Of a DNA stretch of 64,000 bases, positions 54,726 through 64,000 are shown piece by piece. The DNA lies in assembly GCA_965195345.1 (NCBI GenBank), contig OZ239628.1, forward strand, positions 1,504,001 to 1,568,000. Reading direction: 5' to 3'. The position numbers and the translations under genes are program-made. Within the stretch, counting starts at the first letter, position 1. The number at the start of each line of letters is the position of its first letter. The notes below the pieces were generated by a model. It saw only the letters and a list, made by a program, of their open reading frames with translations, did not search any database and was not told the origin of the DNA. The DNA is from an uncultured Thiomicrospira sp. Lineage in GTDB: Bacteria > Pseudomonadota > Gammaproteobacteria > CAKMZV01.

Positions 54726-56156
54726 TTACTTTAATAATTCTTTTAATAGGTCATTTACCTGTGAAGGATTGGCTTTCCCTTGAGTCGCCTTCATTACTTG
54801 TCCAACAAAGAAACCAAATAATTTATCTTTCCCACTTCGATACTGTTCAAGTTGCATTGGATTTTCTTCAACAACTTTTTTAACGATCTCTGCAATAGCA
54901 TCAACATCTGTAATTTGTTTTAGACCTTTTTCTTCAATAATATTGTCTGCACTTTTTCTCTCAAACCACATCGCCTCGAAAACTTCTTTAGCAATTTTTC
55001 CTGAAACGGTATTATCTTGAATACGATTCAACAAAGAAGCTAAATTTTCAGGCGGTATAGGGCTTTTCTGCAATTCTAAATTATCGCGATTAAGAGCCGC
55101 CAAGAAATCACCCATCACCCAATTAGCACACTGTTTAACATCCGCATTAGAAGCATCTACAACTGCTTCGAAATAGTCAGCCAGCTCTTTGCTTGAAGTC
55201 AATACGCCTGCATCATATTCGGGCAGTTCTAGTTCCTCAATAAATCGCTTTTCACGTACATCAGGCAGCTCAGGCATTGTAATAAGCACATCTTTTTTAA
55301 ATTCTTCACTGACTTGAACAGGAAGCAGATCAGGGTCTGGGAAGTAACGATAATCGTTCGCCTCTTCCTTACTGCGCATGGAGCGGGTTTCATCTTTATC
55401 GGCATCGTAAAGTCTTGTCTCTTGAATAACAACGCCCCCATCCTCAAGTATCTCTCTTTGACGTTCAATCTCATAGTGCAAAGCTTTTTCTAAAAAACGG
55501 AATGAATTAATATTTTTTATCTCAGCTCTTATACCTAATGGTTTTCCTGATTTACGCAATGATATATTGGCATCAATACGAAAAGAACCTTCTTGCATAT
55601 TCCCATCACAAATACCCAAATACTGCACAGTCGCATGAATCTTCTTCGCATAAGCGACAGCTTCTTCTGGAGAAAACATATCGGGTTCAGAAACAATTTC
55701 TAAAAGAGGAGTTCCAGCTCTGTTTAAATCAATACCCGACTCATTATCAAAGTCTTCATGCAAAGACTTACCTGCATCTTCTTCTAAATGTGCACGCGTT
55801 ATGCCAATCGTCTTCATCGAGCCATCACCTAAAACAATGTCTATTTTTCCGACACCAACAATGGGCAGTTCATACTGCGATATTTGGTAGCCTTTTGGCA
55901 GATCTGGATAAAAATAATTTTTACGAGCAAATACAGAAACAGGCGCAATCTCAGCGTTAACAGCCAAACCAAATTTAACCGCCATTTTTACCGTTTCTTT
56001 ATTCAAGACCGGCAGCATACCTGGCATTCCCAAATCAATGTGACAAGCTTGTGTATTTGGTAAGGCTCCAAAAGCAATTGAAGAACCTGAAAATATTTTT
56101 GTCTTAGTTGCCAATTGAGCGTGAACCTCTAGCCCTATAACTACTTCCCAACTCAT
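54726..56156 (-). CDS. gatB: Asp/Glu-tRNA amidotransferase subunit B
   Basis: [34 protein letters not shown]; start set at MSWEVV (56156). Confidence 0.97.
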   Translation of the reverse strand: MSWEVVIGLEVHAQLATKTKIFSGSSIAFGALPNTQACHIDLGMPGMLPVLNKETVKMAVKFGLAVNAEIAPVSVFARKNYFYPDLPKGYQISQYELPIVGVGKIDIVLGDGSMKTIGITRAHLEEDAGKSLHEDFDNESGIDLNRAGTPLLEIVSEPDMFSPEEAVAYAKKIHATVQYLGICDGNMQEGSFRIDANISLRKSGKPLGIRAEIKNINSFRFLEKALHYEIERQREILEDGGVVIQETRLYDADKDETRSMRSKEEANDYRYFPDPDLLPVQVSEEFKKDVLITMPELPDVREKRFIEELELPEYDAGVLTSSKELADYFEAVVDASNADVKQCANWVMGDFLAALNRDNLELQKSPIPPENLASLLNRIQDNTVSGKIAKEVFEAMWFERKSADNIIEEKGLKQITDVDAIAEIVKKVVEENPMQLEQYRSGKDKLFGFFVGQVMKATQGKANPSQVNDLLKELLK

Positions 56157-57610
56157 ACGACAACCTCTGGTGTTCTTTGCCTGTGCCATTCACTGTGCTG
56201 CTGATATTGATGCACCGTTGCTAACAGCGTGCTTTCTGAAAAATAATTCCCAATCAATTGCGCCCCTATAGGCATGCCTTGATCAAATCCAATTGGAAAG
56301 CCTATCGCGGGTAGTCCCGCTAAATTTACTGGTATCGTAAAGATGTCTTGCAAATACATAGCTATGGGATCGTTTTGCAAAGTATTCAATTTAAAAGCTG
56401 TATTAGGCGTTGTCGGCAAATGGATCATATCTACTTTAGCAAAAGCTTTTTTGAAATCATCCGTTACCAATCTCCTTAGCTTCTGCGCTTTTAAATAGTA
56501 AGCATCATAATAACCTGCTGATAACGCATAAGTGCCAACCATAATCCGTCGTTGCACCTCTGCGCCAAAGCCTTCAGTTCGTGAACGTGTGTACAAATCC
56601 TCTAAATCCTTGGGATTTTCACACCGATGCCCATAGCGCACACCATCAAACCGAGAAAGATTCGATGACGCCTCCGCTGGAGCCAACACATAATAAGCAG
56701 GCAGCGACAGCTGTAAACTATCCAGATCAATATCTACTATCGTTGCGCCCAAACTTTTCAAATCTTCAATATTGCGCGAAATCGCTTTAACAATCTCCTC
56801 ATCCACTCCTTCAAACAGCTTGCTTACAATCCCGACTTTCTTTCCTTTCAAAGAGGCATTAATGTTATCTATGGTCGAAACACGCGGTCTGTCTATCGAC
56901 GTTGAATCACGCTTATCAAAGCCATGAATAACATCATATAGAAAAGCACAATCTTCTGCACTACGAGCCATCGGTCCACCTTGATCGAAACTAGATGCAT
57001 AAGCAACCATCCCAAATCGAGACACCGTTCCATAGGTCGGTTTTAAGCCAGTAATACCACAAAAAGCAGCGGGCTGGCGAATTGAACCACCAGTATCACT
57101 GCCTGTGGCAAGAGGAGCCATTCTTGCTGAAACAACAGCAGCAGATCCTCCAGAAGAACCCCCTGGAACTTTTGTCGTATCCCAAGGATTGTGCACTGCT
57201 CCAAAATAGGAATTTTCATTGGACGATCCCATAGCAAATTCATCACAATTTGCCTTGCCTAACATCGGCATTAAAGCGTCTTTCGTTTTTTTAACGACGG
57301 TTGCATCGTAAGGAGATATGAAATTTTCTAACATTTTTGATCCGCACGTTGAGCGAACCCCTTGCGTGCAAAAAATATCTTTATGAACCAATGGTACGCC
57401 ACATACTGCATTGCCATCTCCTTTTGAGAGTGCCTCATCGGCTAATGCAGCTTGTTTTAATGCCAAATCCGGTGTCAACGTGATGTAGGCATTTAACGTC
57501 TTTTGTAATCTCTGCGAGCGTTCAATAAAGTGTTTAGTCAACTCAACACTAGAAACTTTTTTACTTGATAACGCTTTTGATAATTCGCGTATAGATAAGG
57601 TATGTAGCAT
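56153..57610 (-). CDS. gatA: Asp/Glu-tRNA amidotransferase subunit A
   Basis: Amidase signature [28 protein letters not shown]. Confidence 0.97.
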   Translation of the reverse strand: MLHTLSIRELSKALSSKKVSSVELTKHFIERSQRLQKTLNAYITLTPDLALKQAALADEALSKGDGNAVCGVPLVHKDIFCTQGVRSTCGSKMLENFISPYDATVVKKTKDALMPMLGKANCDEFAMGSSNENSYFGAVHNPWDTTKVPGGSSGGSAAVVSARMAPLATGSDTGGSIRQPAAFCGITGLKPTYGTVSRFGMVAYASSFDQGGPMARSAEDCAFLYDVIHGFDKRDSTSIDRPRVSTIDNINASLKGKKVGIVSKLFEGVDEEIVKAISRNIEDLKSLGATIVDIDLDSLQLSLPAYYVLAPAEASSNLSRFDGVRYGHRCENPKDLEDLYTRSRTEGFGAEVQRRIMVGTYALSAGYYDAYYLKAQKLRRLVTDDFKKAFAKVDMIHLPTTPNTAFKLNTLQNDPIAMYLQDIFTIPVNLAGLPAIGFPIGFDQGMPIGAQLIGNYFSESTLLATVHQYQQHSEWHRQRTPEVVV

Positions 57611-57623
57611 ATTTAAATAAATA

Positions 57624-57911
57624 TCATTCTATTACTTTAGGAACCAAATACAAACCCACACTCGTCTTTGGAGCAATTGCTTGAAATGATTCTCTCTGAT
57701 TAGCTTCAGATATCTCATCAGAACGCAAACGTTGCGTTATCTCCAATGGATGTGAAAGTGGTTTTATGTCTTCTGTGTTTGCTTTTTCCATCTCCGCTAT
57801 CATTGCAAGCACACTGTTAATTTTCTGCATATAGACTGGCAAAAGCTGCTCATCAATAGACAGCCGAGCAAGCGAAGCTACTTTCTTCAACTCTTCTGGT
57901 GATATAGTCAT
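57624..57911 (-). CDS. gatC: Asp/Glu-tRNA amidotransferase subunit C
   Basis: [19 protein letters not shown]. Confidence 0.95.
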   Translation of the reverse strand: MTISPEELKKVASLARLSIDEQLLPVYMQKINSVLAMIAEMEKANTEDIKPLSHPLEITQRLRSDEISEANQRESFQAIAPKTSVGLYLVPKVIE

Positions 57912-58025
57912 ACGTGATATTTTAAAAGAAGGTTAATAAGACGATAATTTTGGCAGTATTGTACTTCTTAACGCACAAAAAGCACTCGAAAATTCCATTT
58001 GAAGTCATTTACACAAATAAGCGCA

Positions 58026-58054
58026 TAATTATATTGCTAATGGAAATATAATTA
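58026..58054. promoter_or_regulatory. 10-bp perfect inverted repeat with TATAAT on each strand in the gatC/dac divergent gap
   Basis: TAATTATATT-N9-AATATAATTA. Confidence 0.4.
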
Positions 58055-58116
58055 CGGAAGTGCCACCTTTCATTCCTTTCCTAGAATTGATTACACCATA
58101 TAAAACCAGATAAAAC

Positions 58117-59268
58117 ATGCGCATACATATCTACATAATCACGCTACTCATACTATCTCTGTCTTCAGAAGTCTACGCAAGCTCAAGAAAGCCGACCATT
58201 AATGCTCGTTCCTATACGTTAATGGATTTTGCAAGCAAGAAAATTATATTCTCTTCAAATCCTAACCAACTCATTGAGCCGGCAAGCATGACTAAAGTTA
58301 TGACCGCTTATGTGGTATTCGATGAAATACACAATGGCAGAATAAGCTTAACCGACACCACAAAAATATCTGCACAATCCTATAGCGCAAAAGGATCAAG
58401 AACCTTTTTAGAAATTGGATCTACAGTCGACATAGAAACTTTATTACTTGGCATGATCGTACAATCGGGTAACGACGCCAGTATTGCTCTTGCCGAATTC
58501 ATTTCAGGAAGCGAGCTTGCTTTTTCCGACAGAATGAATGAAGTTGCCCTTTCAATTGGTATGGAAAACTCAAATTTTATCAACAGCACAGGCTGGCCCG
58601 ACCCAGATCACGTCACTACAACCAAAGATCTTGCTGAACTTGCTTATCGCATCATTCAAGATTTCCCCGATCTTTATTGGATGTTTTCTGAGCGCTCCAT
58701 GACGTACAACAACATTAAACAAAACAATCGAAATGCATTGTTATGGCGTGATCCAAGTGTTGATGGCTTGAAAACTGGACATACCTCAAGCGCTGGATAC
58801 TGCCTACTCAGTTCCGCCATAAGAAAAGACAGGCGCCTTATCAGCGTCATTGCAGGAGCTGATAGCATCAACGATCGTAATATTGAATCACAAAAAATGC
58901 TAAACTACGGTTATCGTTTTTTTGTGACTGAAAAAGTGTTGCCAGCAGAAGTCGTACAAAAAGACATCCGTATTCTTGGGGGAGAAAGCGATTACTTAAA
59001 ACTTGGAGTACTTAAGGACGTCAACCTCACTTTTCCCAAAAAACGAGAAAATAAGGTGATCACTTCATTTAGCGTTCCTGAAGAAATTACAGCCCCTATA
59101 AAACGCGGTGATAGCATTGGAGTTGTAACAGTGAAAATAGATGGAGAAGTGCTTTATGAAGGCGCTCTATTCGCACTTAATACTATTCCTGAGGGCGGCA
59201 TGTTCAAAAAACTAAAAGATCACAGTATGTTTTGGGTACGCAGCTTACTTAATGACATAAAAAATTAA
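58117..59268 (+). CDS. dacA: D-alanyl-D-alanine carboxypeptidase (PBP5/6)
   Basis: ASMTK, SGND, LKTGHT motifs; signal peptide. Confidence 0.92.
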   Translation: MRIHIYIITLLILSLSSEVYASSRKPTINARSYTLMDFASKKIIFSSNPNQLIEPASMTKVMTAYVVFDEIHNGRISLTDTTKISAQSYSAKGSRTFLEIGSTVDIETLLLGMIVQSGNDASIALAEFISGSELAFSDRMNEVALSIGMENSNFINSTGWPDPDHVTTTKDLAELAYRIIQDFPDLYWMFSERSMTYNNIKQNNRNALLWRDPSVDGLKTGHTSSAGYCLLSSAIRKDRRLISVIAGADSINDRNIESQKMLNYGYRFFVTEKVLPAEVVQKDIRILGGESDYLKLGVLKDVNLTFPKKRENKVITSFSVPEEITAPIKRGDSIGVVTVKIDGEVLYEGALFALNTIPEGGMFKKLKDHSMFWVRSLLNDIKN

Positions 59269-59272
59269 TTAC

Positions 59273-60139
59273 ATGCCATTAGAACCTATTTTTTTCAACG
59301 GTCAATGGTCAAAAGAAGATAGTATAAAAATCAGTCCTTTTGATCGTGGCTATCTTTTCGGCGATGGAATTTATGAAGTAATTCCTGTATACAATAGTCA
59401 AGCTTTTCGACTACAGGAACACTTAAATCGCTTTGAAAAGAATCTGCACTCAGTCAACATCCCTATAGTCTATTCTGCACAAAAGCTAGAAGAAATTATT
59501 AAAAAAACTATTGACCAGCAACCTCTTGGTAATTATTACGTATACCTCCAAATTACTCGTGGAGTACAAAAACCGCGTGACTTTAATCCTACTCCGAATA
59601 CAGAGCCTCAAATACTAGTCTATCTTGAAAAACTTAAACCGCTCGATCAAACAGTAATACAAAACGGTCTACAAATTCGAATCGCTGAAGACCCTCGCTG
59701 GCAGCTCTGTCACATTAAATCTCTCAACTTGCTTGGATCTGTTTTGATGCGTCAAAAGGCAAAAGCTGAAAACTTAGACGACATTCTCTACATGCGCAAT
59801 AATTTTTTATCCGAAGCCACCGCTGGTAATTTTTTTGCTGTGATAGATGATACCGTTGTAACTCCTCCTGCAAGTAATGATATTCTCGCAGGCGTAACGC
59901 GTTCATTTTGTTTAGAATTACTCAAAGAGTGCCCTTGGAAAGTCAAAGAAAACAAAATAGAACTTTCGCTTTTACCAAAAATCACCTGCGCTTGGCTGTG
60001 CAGTTCTACCAAAGAACTTCAACCTATTCGCCGTATCTTCTATAAGGATCAACAGTTCAAAATAAACCATAAGCATGAAACATTCCTGTGGTTGCATCGC
60101 GCATTTAATGAGAATCGAACGAAAGTAATGAATCAATAA
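59273..60139 (+). CDS. class IV PLP aminotransferase (D-amino acid aminotransferase-like)
   Basis: DRGYLFGDGIYE, YLQITRG, IKSLNLL PLP-Lys, LAGVTR; located between dac and ybeD. Confidence 0.88.
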   Translation: MPLEPIFFNGQWSKEDSIKISPFDRGYLFGDGIYEVIPVYNSQAFRLQEHLNRFEKNLHSVNIPIVYSAQKLEEIIKKTIDQQPLGNYYVYLQITRGVQKPRDFNPTPNTEPQILVYLEKLKPLDQTVIQNGLQIRIAEDPRWQLCHIKSLNLLGSVLMRQKAKAENLDDILYMRNNFLSEATAGNFFAVIDDTVVTPPASNDILAGVTRSFCLELLKECPWKVKENKIELSLLPKITCAWLCSSTKELQPIRRIFYKDQQFKINHKHETFLWLHRAFNENRTKVMNQ

Positions 60140-60141
60140 AC

Positions 60142-60408
60142 ATGAATCAAACCAAAGAATTAGTTATTGAGTTTCCTTGTGAATTCTCTATCAAAGCATT
60201 AGGCAAGCAGACGCCTGATTTAGTAAATATAGTGGCACAACTGGTAGCAAAGCACGTTGACGTCCAAAGTAACAACATCAGTACACGTCCAAGCAAAAAC
60301 AAATCATATACAGCTGTTACAATAAAAATTATTGTACAAGACAGAGATCAACTGGATAATGTCTATCGAGCACTATCTGAACATCCCAGCATCTTAATGA
60401 CCCTTTAA
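60142..60408 (+). CDS. ybeD: YbeD/DUF493 family protein
   Basis: IEFPCEFSIKALG, RPSKNKSY, QLDNVY. Confidence 0.9.
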   Translation: MNQTKELVIEFPCEFSIKALGKQTPDLVNIVAQLVAKHVDVQSNNISTRPSKNKSYTAVTIKIIVQDRDQLDNVYRALSEHPSILMTL

Positions 60409-60423
60409 AAACATTTAATAACA

Positions 60424-61035
60424 ATGATAAAAAAACTTCTTTTCATTGGCTTTTCCTTCCTCGTCGTCAATATGGCAAGCGCTGATAGTAGCCTTGATGC
60501 TGCTTTGGAAAATATTAAAAATTTTCATGCGCGATTTATCCAAACAGAAGGAAGTAATGACCAATTCACGAAAAAAAAGTCGAATGGTGAAATATGGGTA
60601 AGTGTCCCCAATCGTTTCAGATGGCATGCCAAAGGAGAAGATGAACAGATAGTTGTTGCGGATTCAAAGAATTTATGGATTTATGACATTCCCCTTAAAC
60701 AAATAGCCGTTTATGACCAGATGCAAGCCTTAATTAATTCACCGGCTATACTCTTAAGCAATCCGTCTCAATTATCGGATGCATTCACTGTTGAATTCAT
60801 GCATGAAAATCAAAAAGGACGTTGGTATAAGTTGACCCCAAAGACGAATAGCTTCCTGTTTGATGAAGTAATATTCCTCATACGTAACAAGCGCATCAGA
60901 GAATTAGCTATGATTCAATTTGACGACAATAGCGAAACTCGACTGAAATTGCAATATAAGTCTTATAACAAGGCTATTGAAGATGAAATTTTTCAATTTA
61001 TTCCCCTCGATGGGATTGATGTTATTGCACAATAA
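60424..61035 (+). CDS. lolA: outer membrane lipoprotein chaperone LolA
   Basis: Signal peptide, ARFIQ, PNRFRW, EQIVVAD..LWIYD..LKQ, SPAILL. Confidence 0.9.
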   Translation: MIKKLLFIGFSFLVVNMASADSSLDAALENIKNFHARFIQTEGSNDQFTKKKSNGEIWVSVPNRFRWHAKGEDEQIVVADSKNLWIYDIPLKQIAVYDQMQALINSPAILLSNPSQLSDAFTVEFMHENQKGRWYKLTPKTNSFLFDEVIFLIRNKRIRELAMIQFDDNSETRLKLQYKSYNKAIEDEIFQFIPLDGIDVIAQ

Positions 61036-61066
61036 GCAACGTGCGCTCCCGCATGGTACACCTTCT

Positions 61067-61083
61067 TGATATAATGCCGCGCG
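61067..61083 (+). promoter_or_regulatory. extended -10 promoter with GC-rich discriminator for tRNA-Leu
   Basis: TGaTATAAT followed by GCCGCGCG, 16 nt before the tRNA. Confidence 0.65.
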
Positions 61084-61091
61084 ATGATCTT

Positions 61092-61179
61092 GCCCGGGTG
61101 GCGAAATTGGTAGACGCAACGGACTTAAAATCCGTCGGTATAATATACCGTGCCGGTTCGACTCCGGCCCCGGGCACCA
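61092..61179 (+). tRNA. tRNA-Leu(TAA)
   Basis: GCCCGGG acceptor stem, ACGGA-CT TAA AA-TCCGT anticodon arm, long variable arm, GGTTCGACTCC, CCA end. Confidence 0.97.
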
Positions 61180-61706
61180 CCACAGTATTCCCATACAGCC
61201 TCAAGTGCCAGCAAAAAGTAAGGAAAAAGATAATAAAGAACCAGCCAGCAGGCATAAAATTTGTTTGAACACTAAAAAAGCTATGGACGGGTACACATCA
61301 TCAGTAATCTCTGGAAAATAGAAGCTTCCGCCAAACAAAAAATTTGCCCCCCATCTATATTCTGGACGCTGAATAGGAATTAATTTCAGAGAGTTAACCA
61401 AATTTAAATCTATTTGATGTCTAATAGGATCAGAATGAAAAAGAGTCCATTCAACACCATTTTATATGGATCCTAATACAGTATCCCTCATTTTGCATAA
61501 TGCACATCTTGCTTAAAAATAAACTCTAAACTAAATTTTTCAGTCAACACAGTAATAATAAGTAGAGGGATGGTAAGATTAGTGTCCCAAAATGTTGTGT
61601 TTCTTAAGAAGATCAATAACGTATAGTCGTTAAAAAATTCTATTTAATACTCTTTAATATTAGTATGTACAATACTATTATCGAAATAAATTACAGAAAA
61701 AATATT

Positions 61707-63185
61707 ATGAAAAACACTCATTTGATTATTTTACTCCCTTTTCTAAGTTTTATCGCAAAAGCGGACACTGTAACGAATTTTGAGGAAGTGACTACAAAAG
61801 CACCATTCGCTACGATGGCTGCTAAAAGAACTTTTGACTCTAAAAAAACCATTGAGCCTTTTATCAACTCTTCATTGTCAAAACCATCATCTCAAACTTA
61901 TGCAGGTGGTTTTTTTGAACTCAACCACAATTACCCAACAGAAATCGACAGTAACAATGAGGATTATCCTTGGAAAACTGTCACTAACAATGGAGTGATA
62001 ACAAAAGCTAACGCACTAGAGTATGTTATGGCACTAAAAAGTTATGTATCAACAGATATGCGTAACCTCATCATTAATACGACAAATCCCAATAATGTCA
62101 ACTGGTATCAATCGATTTGGCTTGGAACAGAACGTGAACCTATTCATGGAATGTACGTTGGTTCAGGATTTCCTGCACAAACACTTACGGGACAGAATAT
62201 AGACTTAACAACGTATGTTTATACGCTATACGACAAACGAGCAGCTAAAACGCTTGGAGATATTTGGGGAGTGAGCAGCACATCGGCTATGAAGCCCAAT
62301 ATTACTACTGAGACAACTCAGTACGCTGAAGGAAGCGTAATCGTTAAATTTGCGTTCGTAACGGCTTGTGGTTCAGATTGGAGCCCTATGGAAGGAGCAG
62401 CAGTTTGGCAAATTTACGCACCTGTAAATATTAGCAACGGTACCGCTAAATCCGATAAATCAACATGTCCAAACAGAGGTCATGATAGCAATGCAATCTC
62501 ACCAACACTAACTAATGTCTATCTCATGCAATTCGATATAATCGTTAAAGATAGCCAAGCTTCTACTGATACTGGGTGGGTTTTTTCTACTCTTGTTTAT
62601 GATAAAAACAGTACAGGTAATGATGTTTGGGACAAAATGATTCCTTTAGGTGCAACTTGGGGTGGAAATCCAGAGATAATCAACACAGATACTACTGCTT
62701 TAACCCCTCCAGTAATAGTCAATGCTTCATTAACAGAAAATTGGATTAATAACAATACCCCCGCGTATTCTCGTTCAACGTTAGGATGGGACGGTCGATT
62801 ATCTGGACCTAATGACGGTGCAGTTGTCCAACCTGCTTGGGCAGGTGTGAGGTACTATCATAAAGGAATTGCAACAGCAGGGTGTATTGGATGCCACTCC
62901 AGCGCACAATATCCTATGACTTCCTTTTTATTGCCAGCAACCACTAATCCTCCTCAAAATAAAGAAATCCCTCTAACAAACAATAGTAACGTAGCTGATT
63001 TGGTTTTAGTTTTACCTCAACCCGGGGGTAAATTATGGATGAAATGGTTTAGCAGAAATAGTGGCTATACTCCAATGGGACCTGCAAAGAAAGATGGTAA
63101 AAAACCTGTTGCACTTGACTATGATATGGTTACTGCTTTTAAAGCAATTCCAAACTGGACCGCAGCAACGCAAGCAAATAATTAA
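61707..63185 (+). CDS. secreted monoheme c-type cytochrome; expanded cytochrome P460/c'-beta-like protein
   Basis: Sec signal MKNTHLIILLPFLSFIAKA; single CIGCH (62883-62897); EGSVIVK, IVKDSQ..GWVF and DMV motifs. Confidence 0.7.
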   Translation: MKNTHLIILLPFLSFIAKADTVTNFEEVTTKAPFATMAAKRTFDSKKTIEPFINSSLSKPSSQTYAGGFFELNHNYPTEIDSNNEDYPWKTVTNNGVITKANALEYVMALKSYVSTDMRNLIINTTNPNNVNWYQSIWLGTEREPIHGMYVGSGFPAQTLTGQNIDLTTYVYTLYDKRAAKTLGDIWGVSSTSAMKPNITTETTQYAEGSVIVKFAFVTACGSDWSPMEGAAVWQIYAPVNISNGTAKSDKSTCPNRGHDSNAISPTLTNVYLMQFDIIVKDSQASTDTGWVFSTLVYDKNSTGNDVWDKMIPLGATWGGNPEIINTDTTALTPPVIVNASLTENWINNNTPAYSRSTLGWDGRLSGPNDGAVVQPAWAGVRYYHKGIATAGCIGCHSSAQYPMTSFLLPATTNPPQNKEIPLTNNSNVADLVLVLPQPGGKLWMKWFSRNSGYTPMGPAKKDGKKPVALDYDMVTAFKAIPNWTAATQANN

Positions 63186-63473
63186 CAAGAATTCCCTATC
63201 GTTCTTTCAATTCCAACCTCACTCAAGCACTTACATATTATAGTGAGGCTTTAAGTAAGTACTTCATCATTAGAGATGAATCGAATATTGGGATTTGATG
63301 GAGAGAAATTCAGTGCTGCGATCAAATACTCCGAACGGTTAAGTTTGCGTTTTCTGAAATGACCTCAATAATGGGGAAAGTGCACATGCAACAATCTCAA
63401 AATAAAATGGATGGTGAGTAAGTTCAGGAATGAATATTTAAACCAGCACTGGCGACATGATATGTTGTATTAA

Positions 63474-64000
63474 TCAACCATCTGTGTATAAATGCTCCCA
63501 TTTTCCATTTATACAATAATAGACATTCCTAACTGATTCAATTTTTTCATCTACTAATCCATCATGAGTGATATGAGTCATCCTCAATGCATCTTTGTGC
63601 ATATAACTCGTTAGATTATTCCCACCACCTCGCTTTTCATAACTTGCTATGTGTTTTCCACCAAAGTAAATATGATTGACTTCGTCTCCACTTGCAAGAT
63701 TCTTCTCATAAATCTTACCAATATAAAGACTCTGCACACCATTCACCGTCTTTAGAAAACGACTACCACTCTCATCATAAGCAAATCCCGTACGATTACT
63801 GCCTTTTTTAAAAAGTGTGGGTTTGTTCTGTGCGTTATAAGTGATTTGGGTACCGTTTACTGCACGAGTCATATTACCCAGCGCATCATAATGAACATTG
63901 ACACCACCAGCACTCAACAATACCCCCCTTAACGTATTCGACTGTTGTTGATAATCCCCATAAAGATAATTACCCGCTGGACCACTTAAAATATCACCAT
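63474..64000 (-). pseudogene. Rhs/YD-repeat protein, 3' part; frame stays open past the window end; ends before the Rhs core and toxin domain
   Basis: YDALGNM, ITYNAQNKP, FAYDESGSR, LYIGKIYE, YMHKDAL repeats; no YYDP/DPxG core before the stop. Confidence 0.75.

Noticed and set aside
60904-61268. Three short ORFs overlapping tRNA-Leu (60904-61194, 61022-61255, 61041-61268)
   Set aside because: Shadow translations of the tRNA and the lolA end, with no protein motifs.
61201-61401. 66-aa minus-strand ORF with a hydrophobic C-terminus after tRNA-Leu
   Set aside because: No recognisable motif, integrase remnant or clear RBS. It could be a gene relic but cannot be supported.
63217-63470. Short inverted repeats (CCTCACT..AGTGAGG; TTCATC..GATGAA) and a possible IS end near 63326-63348
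   Set aside because: No transposase ORF, matching second end or target-site duplication is visible. The repeats may be chance or terminators.

Overview
Densely packed, AT-rich chromosomal segment of a Gammaproteobacterium. The gatCAB, ilvA/rpiA and mreBCD-mrdA-rodA-mltB content points to a non-enteric, probably marine or environmental lineage; this is inference. About 61 kb is core housekeeping: carAB, acnA, leuA, panBC, pcnB, fis-purH, fumC, T2SS gspCDEF, nadK-recN, the elongasome, prfB, clpSA, gatCAB, dac, lolA and two tRNAs. Many normally conserved operons are trimmed or reshuffled. An accessory region starts after tRNA-Leu(TAA) at ~61.2 kb. Main observations: (1) a ~490-aa secreted monoheme protein carrying cytochrome P460/c'-beta motifs in order, including a Lys at the heme cross-link position; (2) a truncated Rhs/YD gene next to it; (3) prfB with no programmed frameshift; (4) a CaiD/BcoD-like hydratase plus ADP-forming CoA ligase cassette; (5) a degenerate UDG/psi(HolD)-like gene before rimI; (6) a hairpin-rich leader or sRNA candidate before fis-purH. 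All calls come from motif recognition by eye; no database searches were run.
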